From the IMG/VR virus record IMGVR_UViG_3300029908_000008: DNA of 64,000 nucleotides. One strand, 5' to 3'. Positions 1-11,298 of this stretch are shown in pieces. The stretch comes from an uncultured virus (IMG/VR IMGVR_UViG_3300029908_000008). Its lineage: Duplodnaviria > Heunggongvirae > Uroviricota > Caudoviricetes. The stretch's first letter is position 1; each line of letters opens with the position of its first letter. The position numbers and the translations under genes are program-made. The notes under the pieces were generated by a model that saw nothing but the letters and a program-made list of their open reading frames with translations, ran no database searches and was not told where the DNA came from.

Positions 1-360
1 TAAATTAAGTAAGAATTGTAAATTTATTCGGACACCGAATCACTTACACACAGTTATTTCTAAATAATATGACAATTCAGGTATATTACTGAATTTCTTC
101 CCATATTCTTTAGATAATTGTTTTTTAGTTTACTTATTATTCTTCTTTATTTAGTATATTGTCACCTTTATTATTTGTACAATATTATATTTAATTAGAA
201 AAATGATTCAAGACTTAACATTCACGCACATTATTGCGTTTTAATTAAGCCTCCATTTCCTGACTTAATCTTAACGCAATAATTATTTAAATTATTCTAC
301 AAGTTTTTATTCATAATTATTCATAATTATTCCTTATTTTTTATTATACAATTTTTAAAC

Positions 361-434
361 TGGCCCCCATGATGGTAATTTAAACCATTTACACGATTTT
401 AGAGATCGTTGCATTATCATTATGCTACATGGGG
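361..434 (-). tRNA. tRNA with CUA anticodon (amber suppressor-type)
   Basis: Cloverleaf read by eye: acceptor CCCCATG/CATGGGG, G73, CCA; D stem GCAT/ATGC; anticodon arm ACGAT-CT-CTA-AA-ATCGT; T stem ATGGT/ACCAT; D and T loops non-canonical. Confidence 0.85.
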
Positions 435-482
435 ATTTAGATGTTTTGTTTTAAAATAATAAAACTATATGTGTCGAATTTA

Positions 483-728
483 CTATAACGTAAGCGTAGA
501 TTTTATTGTTTTTAAATATTCTGGACAATGAGGATGATATAATATTAGTTCTGTAGATCTAAAAGAATATGGTGCATTGCTTACCTGATAAAGGTCATAT
601 ATTTTGCTATATCCAGTAATTCTTCCCCTAAAATAAAGCATGTCATATGTAGAACTTAGATGGCTTGGCACATCAATTGCCATCACAATATCTCCAATTT
701 TAAAGTTTGGTATTTTATCATTTTTCAT
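483..728 (-). CDS. CPEYLK-tail family small protein
   Basis: FKIGD start motif, HCPEYLK tail. Confidence 0.85.
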   Translation of the reverse strand: MKNDKIPNFKIGDIVMAIDVPSHLSSTYDMLYFRGRITGYSKIYDLYQVSNAPYSFRSTELILYHPHCPEYLKTIKSTLTL

Positions 729-972
729 TGTTTTGTAATTTTAAATATTCTGGACAAATATTTGCTCCGGCAAGCCAACTTACATCCGCGCCGAAGATTT
801 TGCCAATACGCGCTTTATTGCCGCCAATGATACTATCCTGCTCTAATCTAATTTGATAGTCAATTCCTTCCCTCTTGAGTATCGTCACATCAACTGGATC
901 AATAGGTTCTTTATCTGAAAAAAGATTATTTATTAATTTGTATTGTTTACCTACTTCAAATATTCTGGACAA
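718..972 (-). CDS. CPEYLK-tail family small protein (start uncertain, TTG inside upstream repeat)
   Basis: FEVGK start, ICPEYLK tail. Confidence 0.7.
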   Translation of the reverse strand: MSRIFEVGKQYKLINNLFSDKEPIDPVDVTILKREGIDYQIRLEQDSIIGGNKARIGKIFGADVSWLAGANICPEYLKLQNNEK

Positions 973-1133
973 ATCGCACTCCTTAATTTTATTTCTGATA
1001 TTCTAATATTAACAAAATGAATATTATTAACATCATATACTTCGCAGTAGTTTTGCGCATAGTTGATTTTAATAATGAATCCACGTACATCAACCAGTGC
1101 AATATCCACATAATCACCTGTTTTAAATCTCAT
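951..1133 (-). CDS. CPEYLK-tail family small protein
   Basis: MRFKTGD...ICPEYLK. Confidence 0.85.
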   Translation of the reverse strand: MRFKTGDYVDIALVDVRGFIIKINYAQNYCEVYDVNNIHFVNIRISEIKLRSAICPEYLK

Positions 1134-1342
1134 TGTTTTAAATATTCTGGACAATTCTTAATTTTATATTTAATCCAACAACGATCATAAATTATATCAC
1201 TAGCATTGGGGTTACTTAAGCATTTTGAAAGATAACTAAAAGAACCTATTTTTTTAATAATTCTACACACATCTCCATCTGCACCAATAGTGTTACACCT
1301 TATAACTAAATCTCCTGGTTGCAATTCATAATTAATTTTCAT
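1130..1342 (-). CDS. CPEYLK-tail family small protein
   Basis: LQPGD...NCPEYLKQ. Confidence 0.85.
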   Translation of the reverse strand: MKINYELQPGDLVIRCNTIGADGDVCRIIKKIGSFSYLSKCLSNPNASDIIYDRCWIKYKIKNCPEYLKQ

Positions 1343-1550
1343 CACTTAATCACAAAACAATCCTCTGGCAAAAATCTACATAAATAAATCAGTTCCTCTT
1401 TCGACCATTCTTGATATCCACCGCGACCTAATTTAAATAATACGAATCTTGCGCTAATCGCTTCTACAGTAAAAATAGTACTAGAAGTACCGAACGTCAT
1501 TTCATCGCCGCTTTTCAATAATGAAATTTTACTTTTTGATTCTTCATATG

Positions 1551-1907
1551 TTAACATAAATTATTTTCTATAATCTCCACACATTTAAATATTTTGCCTG
1601 CCATATAGGCATTACTCAATGAATCCGGTAATTTTAAAACCACATCCATATTCGGGTAGTATTCCGTGTTAATTAATTCGCATTTTGCTTCAAACTCTAT
1701 TGGAATAATATTTTTCTTTTTTAATGGTTTAATTCCAATAATATCTAAATCAGAAAAATTAAATATTGACCAATTATCATACTGTAATCTTAATGATAGA
1801 TTATGTGTGTTAGTATCAATAAACGCCTCTTTTGGAATTGTATAAATTTTTCCGTTTAATGAAAAGGCAGTTGCATCCGATATTGTAGATTGTTCGTAAT
1901 TATTCAT
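1551..1907 (-). CDS. hypothetical protein
   Basis: 118-aa ORF overlapping its neighbours. Confidence 0.7.
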   Translation of the reverse strand: MNNYEQSTISDATAFSLNGKIYTIPKEAFIDTNTHNLSLRLQYDNWSIFNFSDLDIIGIKPLKKKNIIPIEFEAKCELINTEYYPNMDVVLKLPDSLSNAYMAGKIFKCVEIIENNLC

Positions 1908-2104
1908 AAGTATTTTGGTTTTTGTATATTTTGAACTTTAAGTGAACCAATATTAATAGCATCTTCTAAAGTTTTTTTATCCAAATGAAATATTTTAGCA
2001 TCTTCTAATCTTGTAAAAATAGAATAATCATTTACAACACATGTAAGTTTATAAAACTCGTGGGTTAATACATTATAAAATTCTTTACCAATTCTAAATT
2101 TCAT
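1904..2104 (-). CDS. CPEYLK-tail family small protein (KPKYL variant)
   Basis: MKFRIGK...KPKYL. Confidence 0.8.
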   Translation of the reverse strand: MKFRIGKEFYNVLTHEFYKLTCVVNDYSIFTRLEDAKIFHLDKKTLEDAINIGSLKVQNIQKPKYL

Positions 2105-2360
2105 CTATTGTAACTTCTGTGACCTCCGAAATCTCTATCAGAACATATTTGTCATCAACAATATCAACAGCAAAACTATAATCACAATCTTCACAAATAT
2201 GAGGTGCATGGCGATTAACATCATACATCACATCATTTGGTGCAGGATTATCGCCTTCGCCTGGGAAATCAAAGTACCGCAATAAACAATCGCCACTTTT
2301 TGTTTGAGCATCAATTTCCTTTTTACATTTCGGACATTTTAAAATCACCGTATCGTACAT
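2094..2360 (-). CDS. CxxC zinc-ribbon hypothetical protein
   Basis: CPKC and CEDC pairs. Confidence 0.7.
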   Translation of the reverse strand: MYDTVILKCPKCKKEIDAQTKSGDCLLRYFDFPGEGDNPAPNDVMYDVNRHAPHICEDCDYSFAVDIVDDKYVLIEISEVTEVTIDEI

Positions 2361-2558
2361 ACCATATTATTTAATCAACTCCTTATTGTAAATATATTTT
2401 TCATATGAAATCGGCACACAATATATATTTCCATTAGTGCCATCGCGTGGGATTGGATATTGAATGGAGTTTTTGTCTCTCATTATCTCGATGTATCCGT
2501 TTGGTATTTCGTCACCAAAAGGTACAGCAATCATAGGAATGGGAATTTTATTCATAAC

Positions 2559-2864
2559 TTATAATTCATCAATATTATCAATCACATCTTCGATTTCAAA
2601 TCCAAGATCTTCTACTTTAGTGCCATTCTGAAAAACTTCATTTAATTTTTCAATAATTTCCCATGACTCATCAAAATCATGGTCATAATTAAGCATAATT
2701 ACTTGTGAAGTTCCAGGATTTTTTGAAAGAAATTTGGCGGATTCAACATCACATCGATTGCCTTTATCATAATATTCGTCATCCTTGGTACAAATAAAAT
2801 GATGATCACATTTTTGATTCCGAGCATTAAAAAAGAGTTTTTTAGTATAATCTATTTGTTTCAT
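2559..2864 (-). CDS. hypothetical protein
   Basis: 101-aa ORF. Confidence 0.7.
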   Translation of the reverse strand: MKQIDYTKKLFFNARNQKCDHHFICTKDDEYYDKGNRCDVESAKFLSKNPGTSQVIMLNYDHDFDESWEIIEKLNEVFQNGTKVEDLGFEIEDVIDNIDEL

Positions 2865-3205
2865 ATTATTTCATTTCTAATTTATTCTATATCTTTATCC
2901 GATTTAGAATCTTTATCATCCAATTTTTTTCCACAACAATCACATTCAAAATCAGATGATACTTTAAAGTTGGAATTTTTGGTTTATTTTCTCCATCTAA
3001 GTTTATAGTCGCATGTGTAACATAAATATTGTGGTTTATTAGTCATAATTATAATATTCCTCCTCAGTGATTTCAGAGTGCCAAATAATAGATCTTTTTA
3101 ATTTTGCATTTAATCTGGCGGCTTCTGATAATGGGAAATCAATTACTTCTGTAAAATGATTTCCGGCTTGATCCATCACAGTTATAATATAATACTTCAT
3201 AATTT

Positions 3206-3439
3206 TTATTTTCCTTTCAGATATTTTGGAAAATTAGATGCTACCATTACTAACTCATCTTCATCAACATCTAAATATTTATACGTCAATTCATTAAAAA
3301 ATTCATGATTTAACACTTTAATTGTGAAATAAATATCTGACATTTCTATTACATAACACAACTTGCCAACTAAAGAACCATTCCAACAAGGTGTTGCAAA
3401 TTTATACTTTGAGTTAATCTTTAAATAATCTTTCCTCAT
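3206..3439 (-). CDS. CPEYLK-tail family small protein
   Basis: FPKYLK tail; LVGKLC core shared with 40340 gene. Confidence 0.8.
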   Translation of the reverse strand: MRKDYLKINSKYKFATPCWNGSLVGKLCYVIEMSDIYFTIKVLNHEFFNELTYKYLDVDEDELVMVASNFPKYLKGK

Positions 3440-3666
3440 TTTAAATATTCTGGACAATTCTTAATACGTGTGTTAAGCCATTCTTCTAGAGCAAACCATT
3501 CTGTATTCATATTATAACCCGCAAAAGGTTCTAATAATTTTATTTTATATTCTCCTATTGCTCTTGTTCCTACAATTTGACAACAACAGGCAGGCCCAAT
3601 TATTTTATTGCTGACTAAATCTTGAATTAAATAAACCTTATCTCCTATTTTAAATTTGTTATTCAT
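3436..3666 (-). CDS. CPEYLK-tail family small protein
   Basis: MNNKFKIGD...NCPEYLK. Confidence 0.85.
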   Translation of the reverse strand: MNNKFKIGDKVYLIQDLVSNKIIGPACCCQIVGTRAIGEYKIKLLEPFAGYNMNTEWFALEEWLNTRIKNCPEYLK

Positions 3667-3668
3667 TT

Positions 3669-3932
3669 TTATTTCAAATATTCTGGACAATACGACAACG
3701 ATATATCTATACATTTAGTGTCGTATAGTGAGGCATCATTCACTAATTTTCTTATGTATTCCGCTAGAACTGCCTCAACTCCATGGCAACCATAATCATT
3801 TTCAAATGCATAATCACTTCTTCCTAGGGCATCAATTGTTGGATTTTCATACTTTACTAATAATCTTTGACTACCAGTATCATAAATACCTACCGGTTTT
3901 CCTGCATGTATTGTGGCAAATAATCTATTCAT
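3669..3932 (-). CDS. unrelated domain carrying CPEYLK tail
   Basis: no FKIGD motif; ends YCPEYLK. Confidence 0.8.
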   Translation of the reverse strand: MNRLFATIHAGKPVGIYDTGSQRLLVKYENPTIDALGRSDYAFENDYGCHGVEAVLAEYIRKLVNDASLYDTKCIDISLSYCPEYLK

Positions 3933-3953
3933 AATTTTAAATTTAATGGAAGT

Positions 3954-4172
3954 TTATGGAAGTTTATTGTCTAAAATATCTTGATCAATTTCCTCTTTAT
4001 TATGTTGATAATATACTAATGCGGATTTTATTTCTTCCTCGCTAATATTTAAATCTGAAAAATCAAAATTAAACATATTGTTCCATATTACGATCTGCCA
4101 AACAGTAATCCTGCGGCCCTCTAGCCTTGCACGTCCTCCACAGCAACCTTCCGTTTTAATTATTTGAATCAT
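3954..4172 (-). CDS. DUF433-domain protein
   Basis: CCGGRARLEGRRITVWQI...EEIKSALVYY pattern. Confidence 0.8.
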   Translation of the reverse strand: MIQIIKTEGCCGGRARLEGRRITVWQIVIWNNMFNFDFSDLNISEEEIKSALVYYQHNKEEIDQDILDNKLP

Positions 4173-4690
4173 TGTTTATTATTCTTTTTATTTTTATTGA
4201 GAATTTTTAATTCCTATTTCCACTTCAATAATTAAATTTAATGGATCATCAGCAGGCAAATATTGCATTTCCACTAATTTTATTGAATCTATTTCGCATA
4301 TTTGATGTGCGCGAATATAAGTGCCCGGATCATTATTATATGTCACATAAACTCCTGCCTCTTCTGGCATTCGGCTTAATTTTTGTATAAGTTCTTTAAT
4401 TATCATATGCTATGATTGTTCTTGTAAAATTGTTCTGCTTGCATTCTTAGTTCTGATTCTGGATAAATATCTTTTGCGTATAAAGTGCGTACTTTATGCA
4501 CTCCCCATTCATCCACATAATCTTGTGTTTTCATAGGCCTTTTGCAAACCATTTTATAAGCATCACATTTACATAGATATGTTCTAGTCCATCTACCTTC
4601 CTCTACTACACATGATTTTTTACATCCGCATTCTTCGCATATTCCTATATGCCTTATTTTATTAATTAAATTTTCTAAAAAATTCCACAT

Positions 4691-4920
4691 TTATTTCTCC
4701 TTTGTTTTTAAATATTCTGGACAATGAGGATGATATAATGTTAATTCTGTATATCTAAAATAATATGATGTATTACTTACCTCATAAAGGCCATATTTTT
4801 TGCTATATGCAATAATTTCCCCCTAGAATAACGCATGTTATTTATACGACTTAGATAATCTGGTGAAGTTACCATCACAATATCTCCAATTTTAAAGTTT
4901 TGCGTTATATCATTTTTCAT
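4691..4920 (-). pseudogene. frameshifted paralogue of 483..728
   Basis: MKNDITQNFKIGD... one base short at AGGGGGAAA; downstream frame ends YHPHCPEYLKTKEK. Confidence 0.8.
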
Positions 4921-4927
4921 TGTTTTA

Positions 4928-5146
4928 TCATTTTAAATATTTCGGGCAATTTATGGGCAAATATTTATTCCAGTAATCACTACACATTGTCGTACCATGA
5001 AATGAGCCAACTGGTAGATTAGGAAAAATACTTCTAATAATCTTTACACAATATGTGTCATCTGAATTTAATTTTATAATTTGTATTATATATCCAGGAT
5101 GCGATGCGTGTTCAAAACAATCACCTATTTTATATTCATTAATCAT
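4928..5146 (-). CDS. CPEYLK-tail family small protein
   Basis: YKIGD...NCPKYLK. Confidence 0.85.
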   Translation of the reverse strand: MINEYKIGDCFEHASHPGYIIQIIKLNSDDTYCVKIIRSIFPNLPVGSFHGTTMCSDYWNKYLPINCPKYLK

Positions 5147-5418
5147 TTTCTTAAATACTCTGGATAATTTACAGATTTTAAACTAAAATGAGAACAATCA
5201 AATTTTATATTGTTTAAATTTTTTACAATATAATTATAATTTCCAAATTTTGAATCTCTTACATATACATAACCATTCATTAATGGTTTATCTTTAATAC
5301 GATCTCTAATTTCAATTATTTCACCGAATTCTTGATCTTTATTTTTATTCATTATAAAAACTTTATCTCCAATTTTAAATAATGGCTCATCTATATTTAA
5401 TTCAGATACTTTGGGCAT
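5143..5418 (-). CDS. CPEYLK-tail family small protein (start uncertain)
   Basis: FKIGD...YPEYLRK. Confidence 0.75.
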   Translation of the reverse strand: MPKVSELNIDEPLFKIGDKVFIMNKNKDQEFGEIIEIRDRIKDKPLMNGYVYVRDSKFGNYNYIVKNLNNIKFDCSHFSLKSVNYPEYLRK

Positions 5419-5918
5419 TTTTTCCACCTTGGAATATCGCATTTAAAAACATCTAACAGATTATAATCCTCTTTATTACTGCTATATTTCTCATGGGTAA
5501 TAGTTTTACGAATACCTATGATATTACGATGATGGCTATTCCTTGATAAGTGCCATTGAAAAATACGGTCATATGCCATCATGTTTGCCGCTAAATTTAT
5601 ATTAATCATTAGAATCTTTGGATTCCACGAGTCATTCTTAGGATCATATTCATCAACATTAACAGCCGATTTTATATCATACGAATATCCCATATTATTC
5701 CATGGGCAAAATTTTGAATCTAAATACCCTATTCGATTTAGTCGTTTATTTTCTTTAGAATCTGGAAATTCTACATAAACTGATTCATTGTTAATTTTGT
5801 TAATTATTTTTCTATGATTATAAACTTTAAAATTATAAAATTTACCATTAATTCTCATTTTATTAGTAAGGGCACATCTGCTAAAAAGATTATGTAATGT
5901 GAGTATTTCTGGATTCAT
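5397..5918 (-). CDS. larger unrelated protein carrying CPKYL tail
   Basis: 173 aa, ends KCPKYLN. Confidence 0.8.
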   Translation of the reverse strand: MNPEILTLHNLFSRCALTNKMRINGKFYNFKVYNHRKIINKINNESVYVEFPDSKENKRLNRIGYLDSKFCPWNNMGYSYDIKSAVNVDEYDPKNDSWNPKILMININLAANMMAYDRIFQWHLSRNSHHRNIIGIRKTITHEKYSSNKEDYNLLDVFKCDIPRWKKCPKYLN

Positions 5919-6614
5919 TTTATTCCATCCAATGGCTTTAATTGATTGTTTCTTCTTTCTAGAATTTCTCCAAAATCAGCGAGACTTTTGATTCCTTGAT
6001 ACAAGCCGTTATTCATCAAAACGTCTAAACTATCTCCATATCGTGATGTTATTACTAATCCGTATAAATAAACTTTTCCATCTAAAATTTGAGCCTGTTT
6101 AGAATATTTTGTTCCAAAACATCTTTTGATTACAGAAATAATACGAGAACATTCTTCTTGTTTTATTTTCATATCTCTTTTATATTTTTCACTAATCGCA
6201 TCTTGAAATAAATCATTATTGTGATTAATATTTTTAAATTTAAAAAATTTCATTATTTTTTCCATATTTCCACTGCAAGGCATCGCCAAAATCTCGTATA
6301 TTGCGTATTGGCAAACCATAACCAACAATTCTAAAATCGTAATAACCATAAACTAAATTAAAAAATCCGCCATATGTTTTTTTATAAATAAAAATTTCAA
6401 ATCCATATAAGAAAACCTTATTATCAATAATTTCTATTGAATTTGAATAATTATTACCAAGAATTTTTTTTATAATCTTTACAGTTAATTCGGTTTTATT
6501 GCGTTCAGCATTATGTTTGGCAAGAAGAGAAGCATTTATTGCGTTCTGAATCAATTCAGAATCAGTTTTTTCTTTAAAAATTTTAAATATATTTTTCATC
6601 GTAATAATAATCAC
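5915..6614 (-). other. pair of tandem paralogous hypothetical genes (about 5915..6250 and 6240..6596)
   Basis: both share L.Q.AI...YS...I.D.KV.LYG...DFG pattern. Confidence 0.7.
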
Positions 6615-7303
6615 TTTTATCTCTTGTTGAATATTTAGTTATAATTGGTCTTATATCGTATTTTAATTTAAAAGCAGTTTCATATTCAAGTTTATTCGCC
6701 AAAATAATATGACTTTTTAGTTCTGGATAATCATATTTTCTAACCTCAGAATCAAAATCAACAATATCAGAATAATATCCTTCAATCAAATTCAGAACAC
6801 GAAACCAATAACCTTCTTCAATAATGTCATTATTTTCTAAAATTTGAATATTAATCATATATTAAATAGTTTAGAGAAAATAAAGTACATAGCCACAAGC
6901 CATAATATTGATAATATTATGTAGAACTGATTGCGAAGTTTTAATTCAGACTTCAAATAGGATGTATAGCGCATATTCTATTATAATTTTTATTTTGATT
7001 GAGAAAAAATAATTTTATTTTCATGATCTTTTAATTTATTAGCATTTTTAACAACAATTAACCAACTACTTATAATAATAATTAAAGATATTATTATAGC
7101 GCCAAATATATTTTTTAAAATATCATAAACAAAATCATTGTTTGACAACTGACCTGTCCAACTAAACATATTGTGTTTAGAATTTATTATGTGTAAATAA
7201 TTATTTACCAACATCCATTTACCATTGTGATAAATAAAATGGTTTTTATCCACACATTTACAATATTTATTAAAATGTATTTTTCCATTTGGGCATTTTT
7301 TAA

Positions 7304-7558
7304 TCATTTGAAAAATTCTTCCTGATAAGTGCATTGCAACACCACTTCTCTAATACCAGGCATTCTATTGATAATTCCTGCTACATATAAAGTTCTATCT
7401 TCTACTGATTCTACTTTAGTTTTTGGAAGTCTTGATATTTTTCCAGATATAATGCAAGTTCCATAAGTTACTCTCACATCGGCATGACTAATATCTAAAT
7501 CGTGTTTTCCGAAATAGGATCTTGCCTGTTTATTTAGTCTTACATCTACACTATTCAA
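7304..7558 (-). CDS. BON-like small protein
   Basis: DISHADVRVTYGTCIISG...MPGIREVV pattern. Confidence 0.5.
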   Translation of the reverse strand: MNSVDVRLNKQARSYFGKHDLDISHADVRVTYGTCIISGKISRLPKTKVESVEDRTLYVAGIINRMPGIREVVLQCTYQEEFFK

Positions 7559-8769
7559 TATTATTCACATTATAAGCATATTCAATAACATCTTCATATG
7601 TTAATGTTTGAATATTGTTTTTATCGACTATCATATAACCATTATTTTTCATTTTCAAAACCATACCAATTTTAATTTTATTTTTAGATAATTGTTCGCG
7701 GCGAAACTCTTCATATGGTTTATCTATTAATTCTGGATAATAAGAGTAATTAAATTTTAAAAATTTTAGATTAGAATATTGTGTCATCATTTTATTATAC
7801 TGATTTTCTTAATCCAATTTTATATTTATGAGGAATTCTAGCATTAATTCTTGATAAATATCTGATAATAAAATTTTTTTTCATTAAATAGTTTATCTTG
7901 GTATTCTTCGAATGAATTTGGTGTATTGAAGGTTAAAAAATCATCAGAAAATGCATCACATCTAATAAAACCGTAAAATTCTTTAGCGATGTTATCTAAA
8001 ATTAATTGAATAATCCAATAACTAAAATTACCAGCGTAAATTTCCCTTAATTCAAAACTATTTTTATTATTTAACCAACATTGAATTTTGTTAATATCAT
8101 GTTCTTCATCCACAACAATTTCAAAATAATTAGATTTATTATCATAATCAATTATTGTTAAACATTCGTAACAGTAATTATCATTAAGATTCTTTATTAA
8201 TGATAATACTTTATTTTTTGTCATATTTTTCTTAGTTATAACTTTATCATGATTTGCCATTATTTTTCTTCTTTAACATTGGGCATGGATTCTGATAATA
8301 TATAGGTATTCCGCCTATATCCCTGCCTTTCCATTTTCTACAAACACCTTTGCCTTCGCATAAAGAATCATGTAATAATCTAAAATCTTTATGATCATGC
8401 GGTAATTTTATATAACAACCTTCACCTTTACAATTGCAGATACCAATAATATTTTGGTTTTTATCAAAAATATCACTGTATTGGTCATTATTAATTAATT
8501 TAAATCTTTTCTTTATTTTAAATCTTCTCTTTGTTGTGTGCATCTTATATCATCCTTCATTCTTAAAATTACTTTTAGATAATATGATTTACGAGTAATT
8601 TCTTTTATTTTTCCATTATTTAAGAATTTTCTAAAATTATTAGATAATTCATATTCGCCTCTATAATCAGTCAATAATTCAAATTGGCAACAAGTTAACG
8701 TAAATCCGGTTTCCATATTAATTTGGAGAATATTTTCAGAAACACTTACATAATATTTCTCCATTTATT

Positions 8770-9294
8770 TTAAATCAAAGTTCTACCTAATCCAGGAATC
8801 ATAAATTTAATAGTTGGAATGCCTATATTACAATATGCTTGGCAATTATTCTCACTATCATCCACAGCAATTAAAATATCATATGTTTCTTGTATCTTTA
8901 ATGCGGCATTTCTTTTGTATTTTGCATGAATATCTTGACTATTAAATGAATAATCTTCTTCAATTAATTTTTCATCATGCATAATTAATTCACAAGTATT
9001 ATCCCAAATATTTTCTTCTTTGAGCCACTTTAATGTGGGGACACGATTATTTTCGCCTCTTGCTGTAATAAAGAATATTTTATTTGGTTTATAAAAATTT
9101 GTTAACATTGTTAAAAGATCAAGACCTTCTTCAATTACTGTATCACCGGCGCAGTCTTTATTATATTCATAAATTGATTTAATAAAATTCTTAGAATCTT
9201 TTTTTTCATATGCATCCATATCTAAACGCTTAAAACGATTCTGACTATTTACCAGAATATTATCTAGGTCAATTATTATTGCTTTTTGTTTCAT
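8770..9294 (-). CDS. HAD-family phosphatase (PNK 3'-phosphatase-like)
   Basis: IIIDLDN, ITAR and AVDD motifs. Confidence 0.8.
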   Translation of the reverse strand: MKQKAIIIDLDNILVNSQNRFKRLDMDAYEKKDSKNFIKSIYEYNKDCAGDTVIEEGLDLLTMLTNFYKPNKIFFITARGENNRVPTLKWLKEENIWDNTCELIMHDEKLIEEDYSFNSQDIHAKYKRNAALKIQETYDILIAVDDSENNCQAYCNIGIPTIKFMIPGLGRTLI

Positions 9295-9603
9295 ATATTT
9301 ATAATACCTTTATTTGTGTAAGAATATAAATTGTTTCTTACGATTTGAATCATTTTCATTCCATATCTCTTTACTCGCACCACAATTAAAACAAAAATAA
9401 ATATCTATAAGATTATTGTATTGATTTTGACTGTTTACGAAATGCCAATCATGTTTCTGCTGGGCGCATTTTTGGTTTTGGCTGGGGAAATATAATTCTG
9501 GAATAATGTTTTTCATTGTTTTTATTATTGAGGCACTGGTTTAAATTTTTGGGAGGATAGCGTATTAGGTGGTGTGTGACACAGAATTAAATTTACTCAT
9601 GAT

Positions 9604-9846
9604 TTATTGTTTTAAATATTCTGGACAATTAAACCTGAGTAAATATAAAAACTCTGATCCTACATCTTCTGTATGGTTATCTTCAAACATTACAGTATAA
9701 CTATAATTATTTAATACTTTTGTCACTCGGCATTTATGCAGGTATCTTTTAGATAAATCTGGCAAATAAACTTGCCAATAAACTTGCTGAAGTTTATTAT
9801 TACCATATGTAAATATGACTTCATCACCTATTTTAAAATTTTTCAT
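9604..9846 (-). CDS. CPEYLK-tail family small protein
   Basis: MKNFKIGD...NCPEYLKQ. Confidence 0.85.
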   Translation of the reverse strand: MKNFKIGDEVIFTYGNNKLQQVYWQVYLPDLSKRYLHKCRVTKVLNNYSYTVMFEDNHTEDVGSEFLYLLRFNCPEYLKQ

Positions 9847-9848
9847 AA

Positions 9849-10040
9849 TTATTGTTTTAAATATTCTGGACAATTTTTAAATAGATGCAGATCGTAATCT
9901 GAAAAAAGTATTTCAGTATTATCTTCAAATTTTACCATATAACTATTATTTCTAATTTTTATAACAATACCAATCTGCATTTTATATTTATTTCCATATA
10001 GATTTATAACTCTGTTTCCAACTTTAAACCTAGTGTTCAT
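9849..10040 (-). CDS. CPEYLK-tail family small protein
   Basis: FKVGN...NCPEYLKQ. Confidence 0.85.
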   Translation of the reverse strand: MNTRFKVGNRVINLYGNKYKMQIGIVIKIRNNSYMVKFEDNTEILFSDYDLHLFKNCPEYLKQ

Positions 10041-10046
10041 AATTCT

Positions 10047-10679
10047 TTAAACAAACAATCCATAAACATCTCTATTCCTTTTTTTAATAAAATTGTTTAT
10101 TTGAGTCTCTTGTTTTTCATTTAATTCAATTCGTTTTGCTTTAAAATTCGGCTCAACAATAAATTTCATTTTATCAAACGGTATTTGTGCTTTAAGTTGA
10201 GATCCTGACAAAATCATTTCCACATCTTTTCTCTCTGCCAATGCCATACCCTTTTGCACCGTAGAAATAATTAGTAAATAATCAAATTCCACATTATGTG
10301 ATTTATGAATAGAATTTTCTCCAGCCAAATTAGCAATGGCTAATTGAGATGTAGTTCGTGACCTTGGCTGAAAAGCCTTTTGCTCTGTTTTAATAGAGAT
10401 TTTTTTTCCATTCCAAATTGCATCATAAGCAACTTCATCAACATAATCTATTTCAAGAATCTCACTCAATTTATCATCCATAATTTCAGACTTAACAAAT
10501 CTTCTTGTGGGTTTGTTAAGATTTTTTGCACAGGTTAATCTAGACGTGACTTCCAGAAATTCTTTTAATGAATCTTGATGGTCTATACACCGGTCATAAA
10601 ATGCTGAGTCAGATAATTGGTGAGAATTGTTGAAGTCGTATTTATTGTTTAAATGCAGTATTTTTTTTATAATATCCAT
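10047..10679 (-). CDS. possible PD-(D/E)xK nuclease-like protein
   Basis: YD...ISIK and FDYLLI patterns; weak. Confidence 0.35.
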   Translation of the reverse strand: MDIIKKILHLNNKYDFNNSHQLSDSAFYDRCIDHQDSLKEFLEVTSRLTCAKNLNKPTRRFVKSEIMDDKLSEILEIDYVDEVAYDAIWNGKKISIKTEQKAFQPRSRTTSQLAIANLAGENSIHKSHNVEFDYLLIISTVQKGMALAERKDVEMILSGSQLKAQIPFDKMKFIVEPNFKAKRIELNEKQETQINNFIKKRNRDVYGLFV

Positions 10680-11059
10680 GAATATTATTACTAATATTTT
10701 GGATTAAAACATTTCTATATTTAAGTTGTTTTCATTAAATTCTATATACCAATGACTGGATCGTGATTTATCATTCATAAAATCAATAAATTTTTCTTTA
10801 TCAAAAATTTCGTTATCTTCTATAGTACATGGATTACACTCAAATTCATTTAAAATATAATATTTTTGATTGTTTTCATCTAATCCATGTACTTTTATAC
10901 AATACCATTCATCATAGCAACACGTCCTGTCGCCACAAGTCCAAAAATCTTTTTTTATTTCTGCTAAAAAATTATTCATATTAATTTATTATACTGCTAA
11001 AATCTAAGGAGAATTGAACTGTCTTCAAATAATATTCATCATTATAAATTATAATATGA

Positions 11060-11293
11060 TTAATTATTTTTTAAATATTGTGGTTTTTCTGATGATTTTC
11101 TATCTATAATATCATCAGAAAGCAGACTCTGCCATGATAGAGTACATATATGATAACTATAATTGTTAATATTTGCATTATCATATAATTCAAATGGCAT
11201 ACAAACACACTTTGTGTTAATAATTTTACAACATATCCATATTTTAAAATGTTGCCATATAATATTTTTAGGATAATTGTAAAATTTCTTCAT
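11060..11293 (-). CDS. small protein with KPQYLK tail
   Basis: C-terminal KPQYLKNN. Confidence 0.7.
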   Translation of the reverse strand: MKKFYNYPKNIIWQHFKIWICCKIINTKCVCMPFELYDNANINNYSYHICTLSWQSLLSDDIIDRKSSEKPQYLKNN

Positions 11294-11298
11294 TTTAT

